Assembly (NCBI GenBank): GCA_965228345.1
Contig: CBDDHH010000004.1
Coordinates: 663,133 to 727,132 of the forward strand
DNA: 64,000 nt
Reading direction: 5' to 3'
Source: Alphaproteobacteria bacterium
GTDB lineage: Bacteria > Pseudomonadota > Alphaproteobacteria > UBA7985
Part shown: piece by piece, positions 1 to 8,471 of the stretch
How the letters are laid out: each line of letters opens with the position of its first letter
Position numbering within the stretch: the stretch's first letter is position 1
Notes under the pieces: generated by a model
What the model was told of the DNA's origin: nothing
Database searches by the model: none
Seen by the model: the letters and a program-made list of their open reading frames with translations, nothing else
Program-made: the position numbers and the translations under genes

Positions 1-143
1 CATAGACGAGATAAGCTGAGACTTAAGCGTGCCTGTGGAAGACTGCGGGTCTGCCAATCCTCCCTTACATCGTGGGCAGATCGCCGAGGGCGCGCTGAGC
101 CGCGTGTCTTTCAAGCCAACGCTTTTTGTTAAGGGACCCGCCG
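1..143 (+). promoter_or_regulatory. Putative rplJ (L10) leader / 5' UTR region upstream of rplJ
   Basis: Non-coding stretch directly upstream of the L10 gene with an AAGGGA Shine-Dalgarno-like motif before the ATG at 144. L10 leaders are commonly autoregulatory. No structure was verified. Confidence 0.25.
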
Positions 144-659
144 ATGGATCGCATTCAAAAAGAGGAAATGGTTGCCGAGTTGAAGCATGTTTTCGACAGC
201 GTCGAAATCGTCATCGTTTCCAAACAAACAGGCCTAAGCGTTACCCAGTCCCAAGCTCTGCGTCAAAAAATGCGGGCCGAGGGGGCAACGCTGAAGGTCG
301 TCAAAAATCGGCTCGTTAAAATTGCAGCACAGGAGACGTCCAAGGCGGGTCTGTCAGACTTGATGACTGGCCCGACGGCAATTTCCTACGCTGATGACCC
401 CGTGGCGCCGGCGAAGGTGCTGGCGGACTTTGCCAAAGAGAGCGACAAGATCGAAATCTTGGGCGCGGTCATGGGGGACAAGGTCTTGTCCGCCGCGGAA
501 GTGGGGGCCTTGGCAAAGCTACCCTCGCTCGATCAACTCCGGGGCAAACTCATCGGCTTGGTCCAGGCACCCGCGACCAACGTCGCTGGGGTGGTGCAAG
601 CGCCCGCCGCGCAACTTGCCCGTATTTTTGCGGCCTACGCGGCTAAAGACGCCGCCTAA
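144..659 (+). CDS. rplJ: 50S ribosomal protein L10
   Basis: Translation MDRIQKEEMVAELKHVFDSVEIVIVS...KLPSLDQLRGKLIGLVQAP is typical of L10. The ATG at 144 is preferred over the table's TTG at 126. The gene immediately precedes rplL. Confidence 0.9.
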   Translation: MDRIQKEEMVAELKHVFDSVEIVIVSKQTGLSVTQSQALRQKMRAEGATLKVVKNRLVKIAAQETSKAGLSDLMTGPTAISYADDPVAPAKVLADFAKESDKIEILGAVMGDKVLSAAEVGALAKLPSLDQLRGKLIGLVQAPATNVAGVVQAPAAQLARIFAAYAAKDAA

Positions 660-707
660 TTTTAACGATTCACACATCTACCACGATCACACATGAGGAA
701 CTAGAAA

Positions 708-1088
708 ATGGCTGATCTCGATAAACTTGTAAAAGACTTAAGCACCTTGACGGTTTTGGAAGCCGCCGAACTGGCAACCAAGCTGGAAGAAGAGTGGGGC
801 GTTTCCGCTGCTGCGCCCGCGGCCGTTGCGGTCGCCGCGCCCGCTGACGGCGGGGGTGCCGTTGCCGAAGCCCAGACCGAATTTGACGTTGTCTTGGCCT
901 CCGTCGGGGGCAACAAGATTGCGGTCATTAAAGAGGTCCGCAGCGTCGTCGATGGCCTGGGCTTGAAAGAAGCCAAAGAGTTGGTCGATTCTGCGCCCAA
1001 GGCGATCAAAGAAGGCGTTTCAGAGGCCGAAGCCAACGAAATTAAAGAGAAGTTGGAAGCTGCGGGCGCTTCGATCGAAATCAAGTAA
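708..1088 (+). CDS. rplL: 50S ribosomal protein L7/L12
   Basis: [33 protein letters not shown]...Ala-rich hinge...[40 protein letters not shown] is the canonical L7/L12 architecture. A GAGGAA Shine-Dalgarno precedes it. Its TAA stop overlaps the TA at the MITE boundary. Confidence 0.95.
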   Translation: MADLDKLVKDLSTLTVLEAAELATKLEEEWGVSAAAPAAVAVAAPADGGGAVAEAQTEFDVVLASVGGNKIAVIKEVRSVVDGLGLKEAKELVDSAPKAIKEGVSEAEANEIKEKLEAAGASIEIK

Positions 1089-1286
1089 TACCAACGGCAA
1101 AAAAAGTTGACACGTTTTTTGCCGTTTTATGTCTCGCGGCAGAAACGCTTCGCGTTTCGCCTCCGATGGGGCCTTCGCTTATGCCCCGAGGCGCGTGTCC
1201 GCTGTTCTCGGGCCGCTACGGGGGCCGCAGTCGCGCGGCCCTTATACCAGCGAACATAGGAGTCATTCTCAGTCGCCGCTGGTATA
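1088..1286 (+). mobile_element. MITE copy R1 (IS630-related multi-hairpin element)
   Basis: Left TIR ATACCAACGGCAAAAAAAGTTGACAC and right TIR region ...CGCCGCTGGTATA. Internal hairpins GGCAGAAACGCTTCGCGTTTCGCC and GGGGCCGCAGTCGCGCGGCCC. Sits on the rplL stop codon. Confidence 0.8.
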
Positions 1287-1516
1287 AGCACGCGCGCTTA
1301 GGAATTTATGATTTGGAAGAGGCCGTTTTCGGCCGTAGAGTCCGCGTGTTTTTTGGCACGAGTCGTCTTGTTGATGGGGTGTCCCTTGTGGGGTGACGTT
1401 CTTCCGCGCGGAATCCATCGCGGGTTGGAGACGGTGGAGACCACCTCGTCAGGCTTTGACCTGCCGCCCGTTTAGAGAAGGAAAACGGGAGTTTCATACC
1501 AGTTTTCCTTGAGAAT

Positions 1517-1777
1517 GACTCTTTATGAACTGGTATAATACCAGCGGCGATTTAAAATGACTCTTTTATTCGCTGGTATAAGGGCCGCGACTGCGGCCCC
1601 CGTAGCGGGCTCCAAGCCCGAAGGGCGCAGGGAACGCCAGCGCCAAAAACAAGCGGCCCCGAGATGAGCTAAGAAAGCGCCTCGGGGTATAAGCGAAGGG
1701 GCGGCGAAACGCGAAGCGTTTCTGCCGTGAGACATAAAACGGCTAAAAAAGTGTCAACTTTTTTCGCCGTTGGTATA
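1517..1777 (-). mobile_element. MITE copy R2 (inverted orientation, partial terminal-hairpin duplication)
   Basis: Near-identical to copy R7 (31507..31746). Ends ...TTTTTTCGCCGTTGGTATA. Contains the same GGCGAAACGCGAAGCGTTTCTGCC hairpin. Confidence 0.8.
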
Positions 1778-2002
1778 AGGTGTCGGGGGCGCTTTGTCTC
1801 ATTCCCGAAACGAGTCTGCGATCATGCCAAAGGGCGTTTCACAATTTCGCGCTTCGTGAACCTTGCGCAGGTGTGCGCTCACGAATTTTTCTGAGCCTTT
1901 GGCGAAAGACGCCGCGCCGGGCGCTGGCCCCGCTTGGGTTCCGGAGGCAAAGTGGGGGGCGTCGCAAGTTCGCGGTGCCCTTCAATCTATAGGAGACATG
2001 AC

Positions 2003-2434
2003 ATGTACAAAGCAGCCTTCACTCTTATTTCATCTCTTGCCTTAACTGTCGGTGTGGCCTGGGCCGATACCTTGCAGGTCAAAGTTACGATCCCAGAAGG
2101 CGATCGCAAGCTCGGTGCACTCAGGGTGGGTGTTTTCAAGTCGCAAGCACAATTTGATACTGGAGAGCCCGAGCTTGGGCTGATGCAAGAAGCGGTTCAT
2201 GGCGAAAACACGATCGCGATCGCGGATCTGCCTGCGGGCACTTACGGGCTTTCGGTGTTTCTTGATCGCAACGACGATGAGGAACTGAATAGTGGCCTAT
2301 TTGGCGCGCCCAGCGAGCCTTACGGATTTTCGCGCAACCCCACCATTCGCTTTTCCGCCCCCAAGTTCGATGACTGGAGCTTCCAATATGGTGGAAGCGG
2401 CGGCGAATTGGTTGTCGATTTGCTCGGGATCTAG
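2003..2434 (+). CDS. DUF2141 family secreted protein (signal peptide)
   Basis: AGGAGA Shine-Dalgarno 6 nt upstream of the ATG at 2003. N-terminal signal peptide MYKAAFTLISSLALTVGVAWA. Conserved GAPSEPYGFSRNP...PKFDD core resembles DUF2141. Confidence 0.6.
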   Translation: MYKAAFTLISSLALTVGVAWADTLQVKVTIPEGDRKLGALRVGVFKSQAQFDTGEPELGLMQEAVHGENTIAIADLPAGTYGLSVFLDRNDDEELNSGLFGAPSEPYGFSRNPTIRFSAPKFDDWSFQYGGSGGELVVDLLGI

Positions 2435-2436
2435 TC

Positions 2437-3969
2437 GTGGATCGCCGGACTCTATTGAAAGGCGCGGCGGCAGGAACGCTCGCCGCGCCCGCACTGTCGC
2501 TGCCACTGTGTGCCCAATCGACCCCCGAACAAGCGCGGTTCGATGCCTTTGCTGACGCCTTGGAGGCCAAGCCCTGGCTGCGGGGGTTTGTTGGCGCGCA
2601 GGTGTTGCAAACCCAGACCGCCATGGAAACGGTCCATGGGCAGATGCCGGAGGGTTTGCAAGGGGCCTTATTTCGCAACGGCCCTGCCTACCATGACATA
2701 GGCGGGGAGCGGTTCGGTCACTGGTTCGATGCTCCAGGCATGGTGCAGAAGTACACGATCGGGGCGAACGGAGTGCAGCACAAGGGACGCCTGATCGAAA
2801 CCGCGCGCAATCGCCGTGAATTGACGCAGCAGCGCATGCTCTTTGAGGCCTTTGGTACCAAACGCACCGACCTAGGCTCGGGCGGGTCGGCCGATGGCCA
2901 AAATGTTGGCAACATCAGCATCTTGCACCATGCAGGGGAACTGATGGCTACGTGGGAAGGGGGGTCGGCCCATGTGCTCGATTCCGAAACGCTGGAAACC
3001 GTGGGTCGCAAAGACTGGTCACTCGAGACGACGGGCGCGCCGTTCAGCGCCCATACACGCCATGACCCAGATGGGAATCTCTGGTCGATCGGCTATTCGA
3101 TTGCACCCGCCGGGCTGCTACTCTACCACATCGACGCTGCTGGCGCGCTGCAGCAGGTACGGGCGATCCCGTTCGATGCCGCGCCCATGATCCACGATTT
3201 TGTGGTGACGGCGACCAAGCTGGTGGTGCTGGTGCCACCCTTGCAGGTCGATCACCTCGACGAGGAAGCCAGCATTCTCGGCCTCTATTCCTGGCACGGA
3301 GATCAGCCGACGCGGGCTTTGATATTTGACAAGGCCGACCTGAGCCTCACGCAGGAAATTGAGCTCGACCCCTTTTGGGTATTTCACTTCGGCAATGGCT
3401 ACGATAGCGGTCCCGACGAGATCACCCTGGACCTGACCTTGCACGAAACGCCTGACTTTATGCTGGATACTGCATTCGCAATGATGGATGGGTCTTGGGA
3501 CGGCCACGTTTCGACCGAGGTTGTTTACACCCAGATTCGTCTGAATTTGCGCACGGGCCGAAGCCAGATTGAGACCGTTCCCGAGTTGCAAACGGCAGAA
3601 TTTTTGAAGATCGACCCCCGCGCGAGTCTAGGTGACCATCGCCACACCCTCATGCTAACACTGCGGCAGGCGGAGCGAGACGCCGCCGCGCCGCCGTGGT
3701 TTGGCCAGCTTGCACTCTACGATCGCCATAGGGAACGCCTCCAAACCTATCGAGCCGCTGATACGGAGATGATGGAGGAGCATGTCATGGTTCCCAAGGC
3801 TTCCGGCGGGGACGGCGTTTGGCTCCTGGGCAGCAGTCAAGACTGGGCCGAAGGGGCTACCTACCTGTCTGTTTACGATGGCGCCGCCCTCGCAGCGGGC
3901 CCTGTCTATCGTGCGCGCCTGGAGGGGACTCTGCCGCTAGGACTGCACGGGCACTTTGTCTCGGGTTAG
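2437..3969 (+). CDS. Carotenoid cleavage oxygenase family protein (RPE65/lignostilbene dioxygenase-like) with Tat signal
   Basis: GTG start. Twin-arginine motif RRTLLKGAAAGTLAAPA. His-containing motifs FDAPGMV / HHAG / FHFGNGY / HGHF typical of carotenoid oxygenases. ~510 aa. Confidence 0.8.
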   Translation: MDRRTLLKGAAAGTLAAPALSLPLCAQSTPEQARFDAFADALEAKPWLRGFVGAQVLQTQTAMETVHGQMPEGLQGALFRNGPAYHDIGGERFGHWFDAPGMVQKYTIGANGVQHKGRLIETARNRRELTQQRMLFEAFGTKRTDLGSGGSADGQNVGNISILHHAGELMATWEGGSAHVLDSETLETVGRKDWSLETTGAPFSAHTRHDPDGNLWSIGYSIAPAGLLLYHIDAAGALQQVRAIPFDAAPMIHDFVVTATKLVVLVPPLQVDHLDEEASILGLYSWHGDQPTRALIFDKADLSLTQEIELDPFWVFHFGNGYDSGPDEITLDLTLHETPDFMLDTAFAMMDGSWDGHVSTEVVYTQIRLNLRTGRSQIETVPELQTAEFLKIDPRASLGDHRHTLMLTLRQAERDAAAPPWFGQLALYDRHRERLQTYRAADTEMMEEHVMVPKASGGDGVWLLGSSQDWAEGATYLSVYDGAALAAGPVYRARLEGTLPLGLHGHFVSG

Positions 3970-3976
3970 GGGTCTA

Positions 3977-4168
3977 ATACCAACGGTCATAAAAAGTGAC
4001 CTTTTCATGTCCGTTTCGTGTCTCACGGCAGAAACGCTTCGCGTTTCGCCGCCCCTTCGCTGATACCCCGAGGCGCTTTCTTAGCTCATCTCGGGGCCGC
4101 TACGGGGGCCGCAGTCGCGGCCCTTATACCAGCGAATAAATGAGTCATTTTAAATCGCCGCTGGTATA
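3977..4168 (+). mobile_element. MITE copy R3
   Basis: TAATACCAACGGTCATAAAAAGTGACC left end, ...TAAATCGCCGCTGGTATAAG right end, same internal hairpins. Confidence 0.8.
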
Positions 4169-4519
4169 AGAACGCATCTCGGGGACATAAGCGGAGACTT
4201 CGTCCTGCGGTCGGGCTGAGCACGCAATTGTTAACATGCTAACAATCTCGTTACAAACTTGTGCAATTTGTAGTTTTAAAATGGGACGAGAACTTGTAAA
4301 GTAACGAAGATCGCGGATGGCAGACAACAGGAGGTTGTTCGCACTGCGGTGCGGGAAGTGAACAGTGGATTTTCGAGCGGGAGGCAAGGGTCGGACGACC
4401 TCAGTTTTGCTCGGTCCCTGGCTTGCGACGCCTAGTCGCACAACGCAACGTGCCGTCCGAGGTTTATGGAAACGCGCTTTTGGCATCAATAAGGCGTGAA
4501 TATCTTTGGGAGATTTAGA

Positions 4520-4924
4520 ATGAAACGAAACAGTCGCTTATTCCTGGCCCTGCATACTCTCAGTCATATGGCTGGAGACCCCGATCGGGTGCGCACCTCA
4601 AGTGCCATCGCCGCACACGCAGGCACCAATCCCGTAGTTGTGCGCCGCGTGCTTGGGAAGTTGCGTCATGCTGGTATGCTGGTATCAGAGAAAGGCCATT
4701 CTGGCGGCTGGCGATTGGCCAAGGAGCCCGAAGAGATTAGCCTAGCTGATGTCTATGAGGCCTTGGGCGAGCGATTGGTAGTGGGCAACGACAACGAGCA
4801 TGACGACGTGGACTGCGCCGTGGAGCACGCTGTCCACCAACGTCTTGTTGACGTTCTTAAGACAGCAGAGAAGAACCTGGTTGAAAGCCTTTCCAAGACA
4901 CGCATTTCAGAAGTTCCTGCCTAA
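4520..4924 (+). CDS. Rrf2 family transcriptional regulator
   Basis: MKRNSRLFLALHTLSHMAG...SSAIAAHAGTNPVVVRRVLGKLRHAGMLVSEKGHSGGWRLA matches the Rrf2 winged-helix N-terminus. Lies in lower-GC DNA. Confidence 0.75.
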   Translation: MKRNSRLFLALHTLSHMAGDPDRVRTSSAIAAHAGTNPVVVRRVLGKLRHAGMLVSEKGHSGGWRLAKEPEEISLADVYEALGERLVVGNDNEHDDVDCAVEHAVHQRLVDVLKTAEKNLVESLSKTRISEVPA

Positions 4925-5018
4925 GGCCAATAGACCCGCTTCACGATAAACTGAAAAAGGGCTTTTGCATGCAAACAAGGTCTTGTCGAAGTCAGGTTTG
5001 GCTGATTCTAGCCTTTTT

Positions 5019-5873
5019 ATGAGAACCTTCAAAATCCTTAAGAAGCAACCGCGCCTGTTTTTCCGCTTAAGTGGGATAAGGGTCAGCGATTTTGACGACA
5101 TTGCAGAGAAGATTTTGCCGCTTTGGGAGGCTCACAACCATCAGCGTCTATCTCGCCCCCATCGCCAACGCGCGATTGGGGGCGGGCCAAGCCATAAGCT
5201 AAGCTTTGAGGAGATGCTGCTTTTATGCCTGATCTATTATCGGACTTACATCAATCATGAGTTTCTGGGTTTGATATTTTCGGTTTCAGATAGCACGAGC
5301 ATCCGAACCGCCAATACAATGACCAAGCTATTGGCAGGCCATTTTCAGATGCCCGAGCGCAGGCTTGCTTTAAGTGAGGATGATAAGGAGCAGCTCATAT
5401 ATCTGATTGTCGATGGGACCGAGCGCCCCTGTCAGCGCCCCAAGAAATCGAAGGGCCGAAAGAAGATCTACTCGGGGAAAAAGAAGCGCTTTACTCATAA
5501 GCATCAAATTGTCGTCGATGATAAGAAGCGCATTCGTGCTTGTGGCCCCGTTCACCCTGGGCGCAAGCACGACAAAACCCTTTATGATCAAAGCCATCTG
5601 GACAAGCCACCAGATACCCTGCTCTTGGGCGACTTAGCTTATGTAGGAACCAACTGCGAAGTCCCGATAAAGAAATCCAAGAACCAAAATCTAAGCCAAG
5701 AACAAAAAGACTACAATAAGTGGTTCAGCTCTATGCGCGTGAAGGTTGAGCATGGCATTGGACGCATGAAAAAGTTCAACATTTTCTCTGACATCTCCAG
5801 AGGAAACCGACATGAGAACATGATTGCTAAGAATGTCGCGGCTCTGGCAAACATCAATTTAAAAATTTGCTGA
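5019..5873 (+). CDS. DDE_Tnp_4 (Harbinger/PIF-like, IS5-related) transposase
   Basis: LLCLIYYRTY...YLIVDGTERPCQRP...KHQIVVDDKKRIRACGPVHPGRKHDKTLYD...LLGDLAYVG...VEHGIGRMKKFNIFSD pattern of DDE_Tnp_4 transposases. Low-GC context. Start uncertain. Confidence 0.65.
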   Translation: MRTFKILKKQPRLFFRLSGIRVSDFDDIAEKILPLWEAHNHQRLSRPHRQRAIGGGPSHKLSFEEMLLLCLIYYRTYINHEFLGLIFSVSDSTSIRTANTMTKLLAGHFQMPERRLALSEDDKEQLIYLIVDGTERPCQRPKKSKGRKKIYSGKKKRFTHKHQIVVDDKKRIRACGPVHPGRKHDKTLYDQSHLDKPPDTLLLGDLAYVGTNCEVPIKKSKNQNLSQEQKDYNKWFSSMRVKVEHGIGRMKKFNIFSDISRGNRHENMIAKNVAALANINLKIC

Positions 5874-6268
5874 GATAAGCACTAAGGGACAAGTCCGTCT
5901 GTGCTCTTTCTCCCTATTGCGAATCAGGTCTAGTTTTTCCAAAGAATCGATCACCTGGCCAGGACAGCGCGGATCCTCAAGGCGACCTACCAGCCACGAG
6001 ATGATGTCCGAACGGCCCAGCAGCTCGCGCTGCACAAGGGCACCCCCATCTCCGCCAAGATGCTCGGTCCGGCTCTCCACGGAAAGATTCCGGTTGAATG
6101 ATGTCGTGAATAGAGATAGTGATCCACCCATGGCGTGGCTCGGTCCTAGCGGTCGTTTCTTGTTCTAGAACCCTGATTCTAAAGCCTTTCCCGCGTCACG
6201 CCATACAAATCATCCGATCAACCGTGAATAGGACGGGATCACAGTAATTTTTTTGGAGGAAGTCAGAC

Positions 6269-7432
6269 ATGAAACGTCGTGATTTTTTGGCGACAGCAGG
6301 CGTTGCTGGAGCCGTTGGTGTAGCAGCTGGCGTTGCTATTTCTCGTAGCACTGGCCCCGGGCGAGGCGACGATACTGACGGCCCCAGTGTCGAAGAGACC
6401 AGTCTTTCGACCCCTGCCCTTAACCCGGACCGTGTCCCTGTTGCGTTGGTCTCAACATGGCCGCGCGACTTCCCTGGTTTGGGAACGGGTGCGCAACGCT
6501 TTGCCGAACGGCTTTCGACTCTGTCTGACGGACGCTTCCAGGTGGAGTACTTTGCAGCTGGCGAACGTGTTGGCGCCTTTGATTCCTTTGATGCCGTGGC
6601 GTCGGGCGATGCCCAGGGATATCACGGCGCGGAATACTATTGGAAAGGCCGCCATCCAGGCTGGGCCTATTTCACTGCCGTCCCCTTCGGCCTGACCTAC
6701 ACTGAGCAAAACGCCTGGATCCGCTTTGGCGGCGGGCAAGAGCTATGGGACGAACTGGCCGGTGAGTTTGGCCTCAAAGGCCTCATGTGCGGCAACACGG
6801 GCGTTCAGATGGGCGGCTGGTTCAACAAGGAAATCAACTCCGCCGACGATTTGGCAGGCTTGAAGATGCGGATCCCAGGGCTTGGCGGTGACGTTATGGC
6901 CAAGCTGGGCGCCTCGCCCGTGTCCCTGCCCGGTGGCCAAATTTACGAAAACCTGATTTCTGGTGCCATCGACGCCACCGAATGGGTTGGCCCCTGGAAC
7001 GATGAAATCATGAAGTTCTACGAAGCCACGCAGTACTACTATTTCCCTGGGTTCCACGAGCCGGGCGCAGCGCTGGCTGCCACGTTCAACGCCAGCTGGT
7101 GGAGCGGCTTGAGTGCGACCGACAAGGCCCTAATCGAAGCCGCCGCAGCAACAGAAAACGACGTCATGATGTCTGAATACAATGCCAAAAACGGGGCAGC
7201 CCTTGCACGCCTCATCAACGATCAAGGGGTTGAGGTTCGCAAGTTTACCAATGACACCTATGATGCCTTTGGCGCCGCGTCAGACGAGGTCTTTGCCGAG
7301 GTCCAAGAACACTCTGACTTGGCCGCACGCATCCATGCATCGTTTTTAAAGGGTCGCCAAGATATCGGCGGTTGGACCAGCCTGTCTGACCAAGCCTACG
7401 TGGAGCAGCGCAACCGCGTACTCGGCGTTTAA
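6269..7432 (+). CDS. dctP: TRAP transporter substrate-binding protein, DctP family (Tat signal)
   Basis: GGAGGA Shine-Dalgarno. RRDFLATAGVAGAVGVAA Tat signal. Conserved FAAGERVGAFDSFDAVASGDA...VPFGLT...MGGWF...GLKMRIPGLGG...YENLISGAIDATEW...YYYFPGFHEPG. Confidence 0.85.
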   Translation: MKRRDFLATAGVAGAVGVAAGVAISRSTGPGRGDDTDGPSVEETSLSTPALNPDRVPVALVSTWPRDFPGLGTGAQRFAERLSTLSDGRFQVEYFAAGERVGAFDSFDAVASGDAQGYHGAEYYWKGRHPGWAYFTAVPFGLTYTEQNAWIRFGGGQELWDELAGEFGLKGLMCGNTGVQMGGWFNKEINSADDLAGLKMRIPGLGGDVMAKLGASPVSLPGGQIYENLISGAIDATEWVGPWNDEIMKFYEATQYYYFPGFHEPGAALAATFNASWWSGLSATDKALIEAAAATENDVMMSEYNAKNGAALARLINDQGVEVRKFTNDTYDAFGAASDEVFAEVQEHSDLAARIHASFLKGRQDIGGWTSLSDQAYVEQRNRVLGV

Positions 7433-7505
7433 CCTAATATGGGTTGATGGGGCTGGATGCGTCCAGCCTCATCGCTTTTGCATGTCTCTTTCAAGTTTGT
7501 AACTT

Positions 7506-8471
7506 ATGCCTTCTGCGTCGAAGGCTTTGGTTCCTGCCTTGCTGTCCGAGGCCTGGCATCCCCTTTGTCGCTTTTTTGCCTTGGCAATGGTCTTGGCTGC
7601 GGGCGCCTACGTTCTCAACAACTTCCTAATTCATATGGGCGCTCAGGCGCGGCTTCTGGACGGGGGTCTCCTCACCGCGACCATCTACGCTGTTGCTATG
7701 GGCGGTGCGCTATGGATGTCCTATGCGTGGCGTGATCGCCCGCTTGATCGCGTGTCAGAGGCGCTTTCAAGCGCCAATGAGACATTTATTCGCGGCGCGT
7801 TCTGGGCTGTCTTCCTTGTGGGGCTTGTCGATGCATCCATCTCGCTCTTGCGGATTGAGGGCTTGGCTCCCAACCTGTTCGGCGACGACTTGGCCGCCAA
7901 GCTGAACCGCCAGCACTTTCGCGGGGCCAACGCTCACTTCCCGCTCGTTCTTATCGGTTTTGCCTTGGCCTTTGTGACCCGCGGACTGGGCTTTATATGG
8001 CTGTCGCTGCTCGTCGTTTTTGCCCAGCTGGCCATCGTGATTATGGTGAACGTCTATTCCTATGAGCAAGCCTTCCTATCGGACTTAGTGCGTTTCTGGT
8101 ACGCCGCCCTGTTCTTGTTTGCCACGGCCCATACTCTATTGGCGGGGGGGCATGTCCGCGTCGATGTTGTCTTCGCCAACCTGCCCCAGCGCCAGAAAAA
8201 CTGGGCCAACTTTTGGGGCGTGTTGACGCTGGGTCTGCCGCTGGCCTGGGTCACATTGGTCGCGGGCACTTGGGACAAAACCCGCATTATCAACGCCCCG
8301 ATCCTAAACTATGAAATCGGTCAACAATCGGTCGGCGGGCTCTATATCAAGTACTTGATGGCGGGGTTTTTGCTGATCCTCGCCGTGACCCTCATTGTGC
8401 AATTTACCGCGCTTCTGCTCTCATCCGTGAATGACCAAGGACGCCAACACGCCGAAGGGGTGTCAAGCTAA
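7506..8471 (+). CDS. dctQ: TRAP transporter small permease (DctQ-like, extended)
   Basis: Polytopic membrane protein with the GGHVRVDVV motif characteristic of DctQ. Sits between dctP and dctM and abuts dctM. Confidence 0.7.
   Translation: MPSASKALVPALLSEAWHPLCRFFALAMVLAAGAYVLNNFLIHMGAQARLLDGGLLTATIYAVAMGGALWMSYAWRDRPLDRVSEALSSANETFIRGAFWAVFLVGLVDASISLLRIEGLAPNLFGDDLAAKLNRQHFRGANAHFPLVLIGFALAFVTRGLGFIWLSLLVVFAQLAIVIMVNVYSYEQAFLSDLVRFWYAALFLFATAHTLLAGGHVRVDVVFANLPQRQKNWANFWGVLTLGLPLAWVTLVAGTWDKTRIINAPILNYEIGQQSVGGLYIKYLMAGFLLILAVTLIVQFTALLLSSVNDQGRQHAEGVSS

Noticed and set aside
29-319. 96-aa ORF overlapping the rplJ start
   Set aside because: Out of frame with the well-supported rplJ. Arg-rich. 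Lies in the presumed L10 leader.
5859-6168. Overlapping small ORFs (90 aa minus, 83 aa plus) in the low-GC spacer before dctP
   Set aside because: No recognisable domain or RBS, and mutually exclusive frames. Possibly a decayed gene remnant. Not called.
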